Both the position numbers and the translations under genes were made by a program. A DNA stretch of 64,000 bases from Actinomycetota bacterium (GTDB taxonomy: Bacteria; Actinomycetota; Acidimicrobiia; Acidimicrobiales; Aldehydirespiratoraceae): positions 80,221 to 144,220 of the forward strand of contig JAPOHW010000006.1 of NCBI GenBank assembly GCA_029979265.1. Direction: 5' to 3'. This document shows positions 54,378-64,000 of this stretch, piece after piece. Under the pieces are notes generated by a model. It saw nothing but the letters and a program-made list of their open reading frames with translations. It did no database searches and was not told where the DNA came from. How positions within the stretch are numbered: position 1 is the stretch's first letter; every line of letters begins with the position of its first letter.

Positions 54378-57300
54378 ATGCGCCGGGATGTTGTCGAGCA
54401 GCGCCGCTCGAGTGTGCCGAAGATCAGCTACCCGTCCGACCTTCCGATCGTCGAGCGCCGGCACGAAATCCTCGACACGATCCGCAGCCATCAGGTGGTG
54501 GTGATCGCCGGTGAGACCGGGTCGGGCAAGTCCACCCAGATTCCCAAGCTCTGTCTCGAACTCGGGCGCGGTGTCGAAGCCATGATCGGCCACACCCAGC
54601 CGAGGCGACTCGCCGCACGTTCGATCGCTGCACGAGTCGCCGACGAAATCGGGACCGGTATCGGCGACCTCGTCGGCTACACCGTCCGCTTCACCGACGA
54701 GGTGAGCGATCGCACGCTCGTCAAGGTGATGACGGACGGGATTCTGCTGGCCGAACTCCAACGCGATCCCGACCTCCGCAGATACGACACGGTCATCATC
54801 GACGAGGCCCACGAGCGAACGCTCAACATCGATTTCCTGTTGGGGTATCTTCGCCGCCTCGTCGACCGACGAGACGACCTGAAGGTGGTCATCACCTCGG
54901 CGACGATCGATACCGAGAAGTTCTCCCGCCACTTCGGCGGTGCCCCGATCATCGAGGTCTCGGGCCGGACCTACCCGGTCGACATTCGCTACCAGCCACT
55001 CGGTGACCCCGATGATCCCGACAGCACGCCGATCGATGTGAGCGAGGGCATCGAGCGGGCTGCTCGGACGCTGCTGCGCGAGACCCCAGGCGACGTTCTC
55101 TGCTTTCTCCCCGGCGAACGGGAAATCCGGGAAATCCAAGAGCATCTTGGCAACGCGTTGCGTGACGTCGAGGTCCTCCCGCTCTACGCCCGCCTCTCCC
55201 CCGCTGAACAGCAGCGCATCTTCGAACGCCACGACAGGCGTCGGATCATCCTCTCGACCAACGTCGCCGAAACCTCACTGACCGTCCCCGGCATCCATGC
55301 CGTGGTCGACACCGGCACCGCACGGATCTCCCGGTTCAACCGACGTACCAAAGTCCAGCGCTTGCCGATCGAAGACATCTCGCAGGCCTCCGCCGACCAG
55401 CGAGCGGGTCGATGCGGCCGTCTCGGGCCCGGTGTCTGCATCAGACTCTACGACGAGTCTGGCTTTTCGGACCGTGCTGACTTCACCGAACCGGAAGTAC
55501 AGCGAACGAACCTCGCGTCTGTCGTCTTGCGTATGGCGTCGCTGGGGCTCGGCGACGCAGCGTCGTTTCCGTTCGTCGATCCCCCCGACACCCGAGCGAT
55601 CCGAGATGGCATCACCTTGCTGGAGGAACTCGATGCAGTCGACCCGAGCCGGGCCGGGACCGACAGCTGGCTCACACCACTCGGACGGCAGCTCGCCTCG
55701 ATCCCCATCGACCCGAAGCTCGGACGAATGCTTCTCGAAGCAGACGACCAGGGATGTTGTGCCGAAGTGGCCATCATCGTGGCTGGCCTCTCGGTCCAAG
55801 ACCCGCGGATCCGGCCAACCGGAGCCGGCAGTGGAGCAGCAGCGGAGCGAGCAGCGCTACTCCACGCCCGCTACACCGACGAGTCGTCGGACTTCCTGTC
55901 ATGGCTGTTGCTGTGGGCACATCTCGAGGCGGAGCGACGCGGACGTTCGGGGAATGGCTTCAAACGGATGTGCCGAGAGGAGTACCTGCATTTTCTCCGG
56001 ATTCGGGAGTGGCAGGACGTGCATCGTCAGCTCCGTCAGATCGGCTCCGAGCTGGGTCTGCGGTTCAACGACAATCCCGCACACCCTGATGCCGTGCATC
56101 GATCACTGCTTTCCGGCCTCCTCGCGCATGTCGGCTTCTATGACCGCGACGCGCAGCAGTATCGCGGCACCCGTGGTGCCCGCTTCGTCGTCGCCAGTGG
56201 ATCCGCACTCAAGCGTCAAACCCCAGCCTGGCTGATGGCCGCCGAGTTGATCGAAACGAACCACCTTCGGGCTCGGATGGTCGCCCCCATCAACCCACAG
56301 TGGCTCGAGCACAGCGCGTCACACCTTCTCCGTTGGGAGTATTCCGACCCATGGTGGAACGCGGAGCGTGGCGCAGCCATGTGCACAGAACGAGCATCGC
56401 TCTACGGCCTTCCGGTGATTCCGGACCGGCAGATCAACCTGCACCGAATCGACCCCGATCTGGCCCGACTCCTCTTCATTCGTCACGCCCTCGTGCTCGG
56501 GGAATGGGATCACCGTCACGAATTCGTCGATCGCAACAACCGGGTACGTGCAGAGATCTCCCAGCTCGGGGCGCGACTGCGTCGCGACATCGCCATCGCC
56601 GAGCACGTGCTCGAGGCTGCATTCGAGCAGCGGATTCCGCCCCACGTGGTGTCGGTCCGCCACTTCGAGAGCTGGTGGAAGACGCATCGACGAGACCATC
56701 CCGAGGCGCTCGATCTCACCGCCGACGAGTTGCTGCGCGGCGTCGACCTCGACGGCCTCGATGCCTGTCCCGACCGGTGGCCTTGGGGTGCCCGCTCGTT
56801 TCGTGTCGACTACCGATTCGCGCCCACAGCCCCGGATGACGGGATCACGATCGAGATACCGCTCGAGGTCGTCTCCAACGTCGATCCGGCACCGTTCGAG
56901 TGGTTGATTCCGTCATTTCGCAACGAACTTGTGGTCGAGTTGCTTCGCACGCTTCCCAAGGAGGCCCGCCGGCCGCTCCTCCCAATCCCGGAGACAGCTG
57001 CGGCGATCCTCGCCGAGCTCGAACCCTCTGGTCCACCGCTGCTCGAGCAGTTGGCGACGGCAGTGCGCAGCCGAGGTATCTCTATCAGCCCGCATGACTT
57101 CGACGCATCGTCGTTGGCCACCCATCTTCGTCCCCACTTCCGAGTCGTGGACGGTAGTGAAAGCCTGGCCGAGGATGACGATCTCGAGATCCTCAAGGAC
57201 CATTTTCTGGCCGAGGCACGGGCGTTGCTCGACTCCAGCGTGCACGAGCTCGAGCGAACCGGAGCAACCACCTGGGTATTCGGCCAGCTTCCCCCCACGA

Positions 57301-58118
57301 TCTCGACCGAGCATTTGGGTCAGGTCGTCACGAGCTACCCAGCCCTTGTCGACGAGGGCGACACCGTCGGGCTTCGCCTCTTCGCAACGCCCGAGGAGCA
57401 AGCCGATCACATGTGGTTGGGCAACCGCCGCCTGCTCTCGCTGGCTCGCCCTCCGCTCGGTCGGGTTCTGCGCCCGCTGCTCACCGATGAGGTGAAGCTT
57501 GTGGTCATGCAAAGTCCGTACGAGGGGCCGCAGGCGTGGTTCGAAGACTGCGTTGTCGCTGCCCTCGACCAGCTCATGGTCGACGCAGGAGGCCCGGCGT
57601 GGGACGGTACCCGCCACGCTGAGCTCGTCGCACAGATGCATGACGTTCTCCCCGGCCACGCGCAGTCGGTCGTCCGATCGGCCACCGACCTTCTCCAGCG
57701 GTCCACCGAGCTGGCCCGTGACGTGGCGGCCCTCGACAACGATGTCTTTGCTGCCGCCGTGACCGACATCACCCATCAGCACGACCAACTCGTCTACGAC
57801 GGTTTCATCAGCGCGATCGGGTTCGAGCGACTCGCCGACGTCGAGCGTTACCTCCGCGCGCTGCAGTATCGCGTCGAGCGACTGCCCGACACCCTCGCCA
57901 AAGACCGCGACCGGATGTATACGGTTCACCGCATCGAGGCAGAATATGCCGCGCTCGTCGATGAACGCGGTCAAACCGCAGAACTCGAAGAGATCGCCTG
58001 GGCTCTTCAAGAACTTCGGGTGAGTGTGTTTGCGCAACCGATCGGCGCAGCGCACCCGGTCAGCTCCAAACGCCTTCGCACTGCCCTGGAGCAGATCCGG
58101 CGACACCCTGACGGGTGA
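54378..58118 (+). CDS. hrpA: ATP-dependent RNA helicase HrpA (DEAH box)
   Basis: I start it at ATG 54378. It has GETGSGKSTQ, DEAHER, SATID, TNVAETSLT, QRAGRCGR and a long HrpA-type C-terminal region. Confidence 0.9.
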   Translation: MRRDVVEQRRSSVPKISYPSDLPIVERRHEILDTIRSHQVVVIAGETGSGKSTQIPKLCLELGRGVEAMIGHTQPRRLAARSIAARVADEIGTGIGDLVGYTVRFTDEVSDRTLVKVMTDGILLAELQRDPDLRRYDTVIIDEAHERTLNIDFLLGYLRRLVDRRDDLKVVITSATIDTEKFSRHFGGAPIIEVSGRTYPVDIRYQPLGDPDDPDSTPIDVSEGIERAARTLLRETPGDVLCFLPGEREIREIQEHLGNALRDVEVLPLYARLSPAEQQRIFERHDRRRIILSTNVAETSLTVPGIHAVVDTGTARISRFNRRTKVQRLPIEDISQASADQRAGRCGRLGPGVCIRLYDESGFSDRADFTEPEVQRTNLASVVLRMASLGLGDAASFPFVDPPDTRAIRDGITLLEELDAVDPSRAGTDSWLTPLGRQLASIPIDPKLGRMLLEADDQGCCAEVAIIVAGLSVQDPRIRPTGAGSGAAAERAALLHARYTDESSDFLSWLLLWAHLEAERRGRSGNGFKRMCREEYLHFLRIREWQDVHRQLRQIGSELGLRFNDNPAHPDAVHRSLLSGLLAHVGFYDRDAQQYRGTRGARFVVASGSALKRQTPAWLMAAELIETNHLRARMVAPINPQWLEHSASHLLRWEYSDPWWNAERGAAMCTERASLYGLPVIPDRQINLHRIDPDLARLLFIRHALVLGEWDHRHEFVDRNNRVRAEISQLGARLRRDIAIAEHVLEAAFEQRIPPHVVSVRHFESWWKTHRRDHPEALDLTADELLRGVDLDGLDACPDRWPWGARSFRVDYRFAPTAPDDGITIEIPLEVVSNVDPAPFEWLIPSFRNELVVELLRTLPKEARRPLLPIPETAAAILAELEPSGPPLLEQLATAVRSRGISISPHDFDASSLATHLRPHFRVVDGSESLAEDDDLEILKDHFLAEARALLDSSVHELERTGATTWVFGQLPPTISTEHLGQVVTSYPALVDEGDTVGLRLFATPEEQADHMWLGNRRLLSLARPPLGRVLRPLLTDEVKLVVMQSPYEGPQAWFEDCVVAALDQLMVDAGGPAWDGTRHAELVAQMHDVLPGHAQSVVRSATDLLQRSTELARDVAALDNDVFAAAVTDITHQHDQLVYDGFISAIGFERLADVERYLRALQYRVERLPDTLAKDRDRMYTVHRIEAEYAALVDERGQTAELEEIAWALQELRVSVFAQPIGAAHPVSSKRLRTALEQIRRHPDG

Positions 58119-58258
58119 AACGACAAGCCGACGCTTCTCGACCGAGAATCTGCTGCCTGACTCGACGACACCGACCGACAGCGCGGCCGGCAACGACTCG
58201 TCATGTGTACCCTTAACGGGCGTCGACACCGGTCGACGATGAGGGCTGCCAACGAGCA

Positions 58259-59563
58259 ATGAGTGAAGACACCCAACTGATCACAGATCTTGCCGATGCA
58301 GTCCCCGGCGCGCTCTATCGCATCGAATCATCCGCATACGGCGACTGGTCGTTTTCCTATCTGAGCAACGGAATCGAAGCGTTGTACGGCTTCACCGCCA
58401 AAGAGGTGCTCGACGATCCGATGGTTCTGAACCGCTGCATGCACGAAGACGACCTGCCGGGCTACGCCCAAGCAAACATCGTCGCGTTCGAGAAGCAGGC
58501 CGTGCTCGACTACGAGTACCGGATCACGACCAGGGTTGGCGAGTTACGCTGGGTCGGGCTGAAGGCAGTGCCTCGACAGGTCGATGACGGCACGATCACC
58601 TGGACGGGGATCATGCTCGACATCACCAAGCGGAAGCGGACCGAAGAAGCCCTGGCATCGAGTGAACTCCGCTTTCGCACCGTCTTCGAGGAAGCCCCGC
58701 AGGGCATCATGTTGCGGGATCAACTCGGCAAGGTGGTCGACGCCAATCCTGCAGCGCTCCGACTCCTCACACAATCGTTGACGGAAGTGCTTTCGCAGCC
58801 TGCGATGCAACCGCTGTTCGATGCGATCGCACCGGATGGCTCGTCCATCACAGCCGACGAGCATCCAGATCTGATCGCGCTTCGCACTGGTAAACGCCCG
58901 GCCAGCACGGTCATGGGTGCATCCGTTGGTCTTGGAAAGAAAGAGCGGGTCTGGCTCCGAGTGAGCGCAACTCCGATTCTTCGAGATGGGGCGATCGACC
59001 GGGTGGTTTCCACACTGGAAGACGTGACCGATGGTGTCGAGCTGACCCGCAAGATGCGACAGGAGGCAGAAACGGACTTTCTCACGAAGCTCCTCAACCG
59101 GCGGAGCTTCATGGCTCGGCTCACCGCCGAAGCCGAGCGTCTCACGCTCGACGTTGATCGCTGCTCTGCGGTGTTGGCGATCGATCTCGATCACTTCAAA
59201 GCCGTCAATGACTCTTTCGGCCATGCTGCCGGCGATGCGGTGCTGGTCCACGCAGCCGGCGTGATCACCGACAGTGTCCGAGCCAGTGACACCGTCGCCC
59301 GGTCCGGGGGCGAAGAGTTTCTCGTACTCCTCCCCGACACGACTCCCGACGGAGCGCTCTCGATCGCCGAGCGAGTACGAGCCGGGTTCGAGGAACGCTC
59401 AGCAGAGTACGAAGGTGAACCGATCGCAGTGACTGCCAGCATTGGCCTGAGTCTCCTCGATCGCAACGATGGCGACATCTCCGAGGCACTGATCTACGCC
59501 GATGCTGCGCTGTACGAGGCAAAGGCAGCGGGTCGAAACACCGTTGTTGCCGGTTGGCGCTGA
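58259..59563 (+). CDS. PAS-PAS-GGDEF diguanylate cyclase
   Basis: It has two PAS-like modules followed by the GGDEF domain: DHFKAVNDSFGHAAGD, the active site RSGGEEFLVLL, and YEAKAAGRN. Confidence 0.85.
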   Translation: MSEDTQLITDLADAVPGALYRIESSAYGDWSFSYLSNGIEALYGFTAKEVLDDPMVLNRCMHEDDLPGYAQANIVAFEKQAVLDYEYRITTRVGELRWVGLKAVPRQVDDGTITWTGIMLDITKRKRTEEALASSELRFRTVFEEAPQGIMLRDQLGKVVDANPAALRLLTQSLTEVLSQPAMQPLFDAIAPDGSSITADEHPDLIALRTGKRPASTVMGASVGLGKKERVWLRVSATPILRDGAIDRVVSTLEDVTDGVELTRKMRQEAETDFLTKLLNRRSFMARLTAEAERLTLDVDRCSAVLAIDLDHFKAVNDSFGHAAGDAVLVHAAGVITDSVRASDTVARSGGEEFLVLLPDTTPDGALSIAERVRAGFEERSAEYEGEPIAVTASIGLSLLDRNDGDISEALIYADAALYEAKAAGRNTVVAGWR

Positions 59564-59618
59564 ACACGCCTGCTGCCGCGGCACGCCTGACCAACGAAGC
59601 TGCCAGACGACCTCCGAC

Positions 59619-60221
59619 TCACCAGACACCGCGGTGGACGACCTCGTCGAACGTGCTCCGCCTCCGTCTCGCAGACACCGACGGTCGATCTGGTGCGGCG
59701 TGCCCGATCGCAATCCCCCCGATCGCACGCATGCCATCGGGTACACCGAATTCACGTCGAACTGCGTCCTCGTGCTCGAACAGCCCGAACAGCAGGGCGC
59801 CGAGGCCGACAGCCTCCACGGCCAACAAGAGGGTCATGGCCGCTGCTCCCCCGTCCACCCACCAGTACGGGACGTCCCATGCGTCTTCCCCGGCACCCAG
59901 ACCAGTCGACACCTTGTCCGCCTCGCTGTAGCGCCGGACATAGGCCGCGGGTTCGACCCACGGGATGATCAGGACGGGGGCATCGAGGAGCCGGGGCCAC
60001 GGGAACGTGGGGCGTTTCGCAGGCGGGAGCGTCGTGTCCCAGTAGCGGGCTGTCTGCGTCCCCTCGAGGACCAGAAAGTCGAGTGACGCAGTCTTCCCCG
60101 CCGACGGCCCCCGCCGAGCGAGATCGAGCACCAGATCGACGACCTCGGCTCCGACCGGTTCGTCGGTGAAAGACCGGGTCATGCGACGCCGTCGAACGAC
60201 GCGCTCGAACTCCGGATTCAC
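59619..60221 (-). CDS. Nitroreductase-family protein
   Basis: I start it at GTG 60221 (VNPEFERVVRRRRMTRSFTDEPV). This is the RRSxRxF-type N-terminal nitroreductase motif, with a C-terminal AIGGIAIGH. Confidence 0.75.
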   Translation of the reverse strand: MNPEFERVVRRRRMTRSFTDEPVGAEVVDLVLDLARRGPSAGKTASLDFLVLEGTQTARYWDTTLPPAKRPTFPWPRLLDAPVLIIPWVEPAAYVRRYSEADKVSTGLGAGEDAWDVPYWWVDGGAAAMTLLLAVEAVGLGALLFGLFEHEDAVRREFGVPDGMRAIGGIAIGHAAPDRPSVSARRRRSTFDEVVHRGVW

Positions 60222-60240
60222 GCTCGCAACGCTCGTCGGA

Positions 60241-60909
60241 TCAGAGGAGTTTCTCGAGATCTTCAGCCATCGCCCAGCCAAACGCGATGAGTGTGTCGCC
60301 GTTGTCGACATCGAGGTGAGCGAACTGACCGGCAACAGCAGGATCGGTCTTCTCGGGCTTCGATGATTCGTGGTCGAGCACAGGGGCCTGGCTTCCATCG
60401 CCCCGGGCAGTGAAGGCACGATCTTCGTAGACCGACGCACCGATACCGAACCGCTTGGCCAATCGGCGGCCCCAGGCCCGCTCCTCCCCCGATGCTTTGT
60501 GATCAGGTCGGGGAACGATGTCGTCGAGACTCTTGAACGCCTCAAACGCACCCGGATCGTTCATCTGCACACCGATGAGGACGTCTTCGTCAGGAAAGGC
60601 GAGGACGGCTCGCCGCATCTGGTCGGTCATGACCGCCCGCAGAACGGTGTCGCGCTTGGTGTTACGACAGATGTGGCCTGCCCCGACGAGGACCGACGGA
60701 GTACCACCGATGCGTTCGAGCGTGCAGAACGAAAAACCCCGAACCTTGCCACCCTCGGTGGCGACCGTGCACAGGACCCACGCCTCGGCCTGCTTGGAAA
60801 GTTGACCGACCTCGAAGGCATTCGGGGAGTCGGTGCACAGGTCGGCCATTTCGGCCAGCTCTGCGTCGCTCAGCGCCGTGCAGTCCTTGGTCTCGACCTC
60901 GATAGCCAT
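60241..60909 (-). CDS. Hypothetical protein (222 aa), no family recognised
   Basis: The ORF shows coding-like codon bias. ATG 60909 has GGGGA about 8 nt upstream, and the longest ORF start at 60936 is a TTG. Confidence 0.55.
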   Translation of the reverse strand: MAIEVETKDCTALSDAELAEMADLCTDSPNAFEVGQLSKQAEAWVLCTVATEGGKVRGFSFCTLERIGGTPSVLVGAGHICRNTKRDTVLRAVMTDQMRRAVLAFPDEDVLIGVQMNDPGAFEAFKSLDDIVPRPDHKASGEERAWGRRLAKRFGIGASVYEDRAFTARGDGSQAPVLDHESSKPEKTDPAVAGQFAHLDVDNGDTLIAFGWAMAEDLEKLL

Positions 60910-61050
60910 GCGTTTCGTCCCCACTCGCTCGCCCAAATCCGATCATTCAGTCTCAGCCCTGTGGACAAATTTCGCAACCTGGGAAGCAAGGATCTGCCCC
61001 ACAGCTGAGCCGATCGCTGGAGTGGCTGACACCAGGCATCCATGGTCGCC

Positions 61051-61069
61051 AGGTCGGGGTCCCCGACCT
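61051..61069 (-). terminator. Short GC hairpin immediately after the dnaE stop
   Basis: It is the palindrome AGGTCGGGG-T-CCCCGACCT, abutting the TGA at 61070-61072. There is no T-tract, so it is weak as an intrinsic terminator. Confidence 0.3.
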
Positions 61070-64000
61070 TCAGACCAAGATCGCGTCGGGACCGAAGACA
61101 ACCCGAAGCTCGGCGACCACCCCGTTGGCACTGTCGACGGCGAACTCGTCGGGCAACCGCAAGATCTGACGATCGCTCAGATGAACCTCGACCGGGGCGT
61201 CGCCAGGGTGCGCTGAGAGGATCGATTTCAGTTCATCGATCCTCTCTGGTCGCTGGTTCTCCGGTGAGAGCCGCAATCGGACCGGCTGATTGTCGGACAG
61301 ATCTTCGACGACCTCGATGTCTTGAGCGAAGAGCTTGGGGAGATCGTCGCTGTTCTCGACTCGGCCTCGGATCATCACGATCGCGTCATCTCGAAGTTTC
61401 GGACCGTGCTCCTGCATCGTTCGCGGGAACACCATGACTTCGATCGTGCCCTCGAGGTCTTCGAGCTCGAGGACTGCCATCAGGTCACCCTTCCGGGTCC
61501 ACTTTCGTTGGAGGTTGGTGATGACACCACCGACCTTGACGATCGCGCCATCGGGCAGCTCGACCACGCCGGCGATCCCGGTATCGGCCTTGCGGCGAAC
61601 TTGGGCCTCGAAGCCGAGCAACGGATGGTCGGAGATGTAGAGGCCGAGCATCTCTTTTTCGTTGGCCAGCCGAGGCATCTTGTCGAATTCGATTTCCGGC
61701 ACTGCCGGACGCTCATCGAACGCTGGTCCGCCGTCCAGATCGCCGAACAGCGACATCACGCCCATGTCGTGCTCCTTGCGGCGCTGGACGGTGAGGTCGA
61801 TGATCTGCTCGTACACCTGGAGCAGACCCTTGCGAGGGTGGCCGAGCGAATCGAAGGCCCCTCCTTTGATGAGCGACTCGATTGTCCGCTTGTTGAGCGC
61901 ATCGATCTCGACCCGCTCGACGAAATCGACGAACGACTCGAACGGACCATGCGCTTCACGCGCTGCGATGATCTTCTCGACGACTCCCTCTCCGACGTTT
62001 CGTATGGCGGATAGCCCGAAGACGATGTTGCCCGGCGAGACCTCCCCCTTGGTTTTGCTTCCCGGCGCATACGGGCCCCCGTCCCACGCAGGATTCGGGA
62101 CCGGCGTGAAGTCCGACTCGGACCGGTTGATGTCGGGTACCTCCACGGTGATGCCCATCAGACGACATTCATTCAGGTAGACCGCAGCAGATTCGAGCTT
62201 GCTCTTCACCGACGTGAGCAGTGCCGAGAGGTATTCGATCGGGTGGTTCGCCTTCAGGTAGGCGATCTGGTACGCCACGTAGCCATAGCCGTAGGAGTGG
62301 GACTTGTTGAAGGCGTAGTCGGCGAATTGGGCGATGATGTCGAACATCGTGACGGCCAGTGCATGCTCGTAGCCGTTCGCGACCACACCATCGGTGAACT
62401 TCTGCCGCTCCTTTTCCATCGCCTCACGGATCTTCTTGCCCATCGCCTTGCGAAGCGAGTCCGCTTCGGCGAGCGAATAGCCGGCGAACTTCTGCGCCAT
62501 TCGCATGACGCTCTCCTGGTAGATCATCAACCCGTAGGTGTCCCCGAGGAGTTCCTCGGCGTCCGGGTGGATGAACTCGATCGGCTTCCGTCCGTTCTTG
62601 CGGTCGGCGTAATCGTTGTGCATGTTCGCCGCCATCGGACCGGGGCGATAGAGCGCAACGAGCGCGGCGACATCGTCGAAGCTGGTAGGCGCCAAGGAAC
62701 GAATCAACGCCCGCATCGGTGCCGATTCGAGCTGGAAGACACCGATGGTGTCACCCCGCTTGAGCAATTCGAATGTTGCTTCGTCGTCGAGTTCGATCGC
62801 GTCGATGTCGAGGTCGACACCCTTCATGTCTTTGATGAGTTCGAGGCAATCAGAGATGACGTCGAGGTTTCGAAGCCCGAGGAAGTCCATCTTGAGCAGG
62901 CCGAGGTCCTCTACACCGTGCATCTCGTACTGGGTGACGACAGGTGCTTCCTCGATCGGCTTGCCGGCCTCGGGTTTGCGCTGGATCGGGAGATACTCGG
63001 TCAGCGGATCGTTGGTGATCACCACCGCAGCCGCATGGATACCGTCCTGGCGGCGCAGACCTTCGAGCCCCTTGGCCACGTCGACAACTCGGGCGACATC
63101 GGCATCTGCAGCAACCATGTCCCGCAGCTCACTCGCCGATCTGAAACCGTCGATGTACTTCGGGTGCTCCTCGAAGCAGTACTTGAGCGGCGTGTCACGC
63201 CCCATGACGAGCGGGGGCATCGCTTTGGCGACCTTGTCGCCGAGGGAATAGGGATACCCGAGCACTCGCGCAGCATCACGCACCGCCGCACGCGCCTTGA
63301 TCTGGCTGAAGGTGACGATTTGAGCGACGCAGTCTCGACCGTACCTGTCCGCTGCGTAGCGAATCATCGTGTCTCGATAGCGGGTGTCGAAGTCCATGTC
63401 GATGTCGGGCATCGAGACGCGGGACGGATTCAAGAAACGCTCGAACAGCAGGTCGTACTTGATCGGGTCGAGATCGGTGATCCACAGGGTGTAGGCGACT
63501 GCGCATCCTGCGGCAGAGCCACGACCCGGTCCAACCCGAATGCCGTTGTCCCGGGCGAATCTGATGAGATCCCACGTGATGAGGAAGTAGGCCGAGAACC
63601 CCATGTTGTCGATGACACCGAGCTCATAGTCGAGCCGTTCGGTGATCTCGGCACCGAGGCTTACCCCCCAACGCCGATGGGCGCCCTGATACGTGAGGTG
63701 ACGGAGATACTCGGTGTCGGTGGCGAAGCCCTCGGGAAGTGGGAACTCCGGAAGCTTGGGTTTGCCGAATTCGATCTCGACGTCGCAGCGCTCCGCGATC
63801 CAGAGCGTGTTGTCGCACGACTCGGGCACCTCTGCGAACAGCCGACGCATCTCACCCGCCGACTTGATGTAGTGGCCATCACCGTGAAACGTGAAGCGAT
63901 CGGCGTCCGACAGCAGTGAGCCGGTCTGCACGCAGAGCAGGGCGTCGTGAGCTTCTGCATCGTGCTGGTGGGTGTAGTGGGAGTCGTTCGTGGCGAGAAT
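61070..64000 (-). CDS. dnaE: DNA polymerase III alpha subunit, C-terminal ~975 aa (N-terminus outside the window)
   Basis: The frame is open to the window edge (ILATNDSHYTHQHDAEAHDALLCVQTG...). PHP-end, palm, fingers (GLLKMDFLGLRNL) and OB-fold regions are recognisable. Confidence 0.95.
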   Translation of the reverse strand: MLATNDSHYTHQHDAEAHDALLCVQTGSLLSDADRFTFHGDGHYIKSAGEMRRLFAEVPESCDNTLWIAERCDVEIEFGKPKLPEFPLPEGFATDTEYLRHLTYQGAHRRWGVSLGAEITERLDYELGVIDNMGFSAYFLITWDLIRFARDNGIRVGPGRGSAAGCAVAYTLWITDLDPIKYDLLFERFLNPSRVSMPDIDMDFDTRYRDTMIRYAADRYGRDCVAQIVTFSQIKARAAVRDAARVLGYPYSLGDKVAKAMPPLVMGRDTPLKYCFEEHPKYIDGFRSASELRDMVAADADVARVVDVAKGLEGLRRQDGIHAAAVVITNDPLTEYLPIQRKPEAGKPIEEAPVVTQYEMHGVEDLGLLKMDFLGLRNLDVISDCLELIKDMKGVDLDIDAIELDDEATFELLKRGDTIGVFQLESAPMRALIRSLAPTSFDDVAALVALYRPGPMAANMHNDYADRKNGRKPIEFIHPDAEELLGDTYGLMIYQESVMRMAQKFAGYSLAEADSLRKAMGKKIREAMEKERQKFTDGVVANGYEHALAVTMFDIIAQFADYAFNKSHSYGYGYVAYQIAYLKANHPIEYLSALLTSVKSKLESAAVYLNECRLMGITVEVPDINRSESDFTPVPNPAWDGGPYAPGSKTKGEVSPGNIVFGLSAIRNVGEGVVEKIIAAREAHGPFESFVDFVERVEIDALNKRTIESLIKGGAFDSLGHPRKGLLQVYEQIIDLTVQRRKEHDMGVMSLFGDLDGGPAFDERPAVPEIEFDKMPRLANEKEMLGLYISDHPLLGFEAQVRRKADTGIAGVVELPDGAIVKVGGVITNLQRKWTRKGDLMAVLELEDLEGTIEVMVFPRTMQEHGPKLRDDAIVMIRGRVENSDDLPKLFAQDIEVVEDLSDNQPVRLRLSPENQRPERIDELKSILSAHPGDAPVEVHLSDRQILRLPDEFAVDSANGVVAELRVVFGPDAILV

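Noticed and set aside
62243-63919. 558-aa plus-strand ORF
   Set aside because: It is entirely antisense to dnaE and has no recognisable motifs. It is a high-GC artefact.
1-64000. Search for tRNA, rRNA, CRISPR arrays, IS elements/transposases, integrases, toxin-antitoxin pairs or defence islands
   Set aside because: Coding density is very high. Every sizeable gap was read, and none contains cloverleaf-like, repeat-spacer or terminal-inverted-repeat structure. No ORF shows transposase, integrase or nuclease-defence motifs that I can recognise.

Overview
High-G+C (about two-thirds by eye, not computed), very gene-dense chromosomal core from an Actinomycetota-like bacterium. I call about 66 protein-coding genes. 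I found no rRNA, tRNA, CRISPR array, IS element, integrase or prophage signal. Most of the window is biosynthetic housekeeping. It holds a tightly coupled his operon (hisD-C-B-H-A-F, 33195-38285, minus strand) with hisI-trpE-ygfZ nearby (28022-30639). It holds a trpC-F-B-A block (21557-25014). It holds a nine-gene purine operon that runs straight into menA (purSL-Q-C, E-K-F-D-M-N, menA; 42717-54234). Other confident calls are ppc, hrpA, rlmN, thiD, menG, alkB, an OmpR/HisKA two-component pair, a PAS-GGDEF cyclase, and partial helY (left edge) and dnaE (right edge). his/trp synteny resembles the mycobacterial layout, but a dedicated trpF is present. I see no obvious accessory island or defence system. 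The points most worth a second look are local oddities. (1) trpC has no ATG/GTG/TTG start and lies in frame behind an ABM-domain ORF across a single TGA. (2) PurL carries two tandem PurS-like modules and no free purS gene is present. (3) A terminator-like hairpin plus a PPP-containing uORF sits in the roughly 300-nt leader of a TVP38/DedA gene. (4) A perfect CGAAC-N4-GTTCG LexA-type box overlaps a leaderless alkB promoter. (5) There is a hyper-acidic DUF4193-like zinc-ribbon gene with 15-bp tandem repeats. (6) At least ten genes have a TAnnnT hexamer 6-7 nt before the start codon, the geometry of leaderless mRNAs. All functional calls rest on motif recognition by eye. No database search was run.
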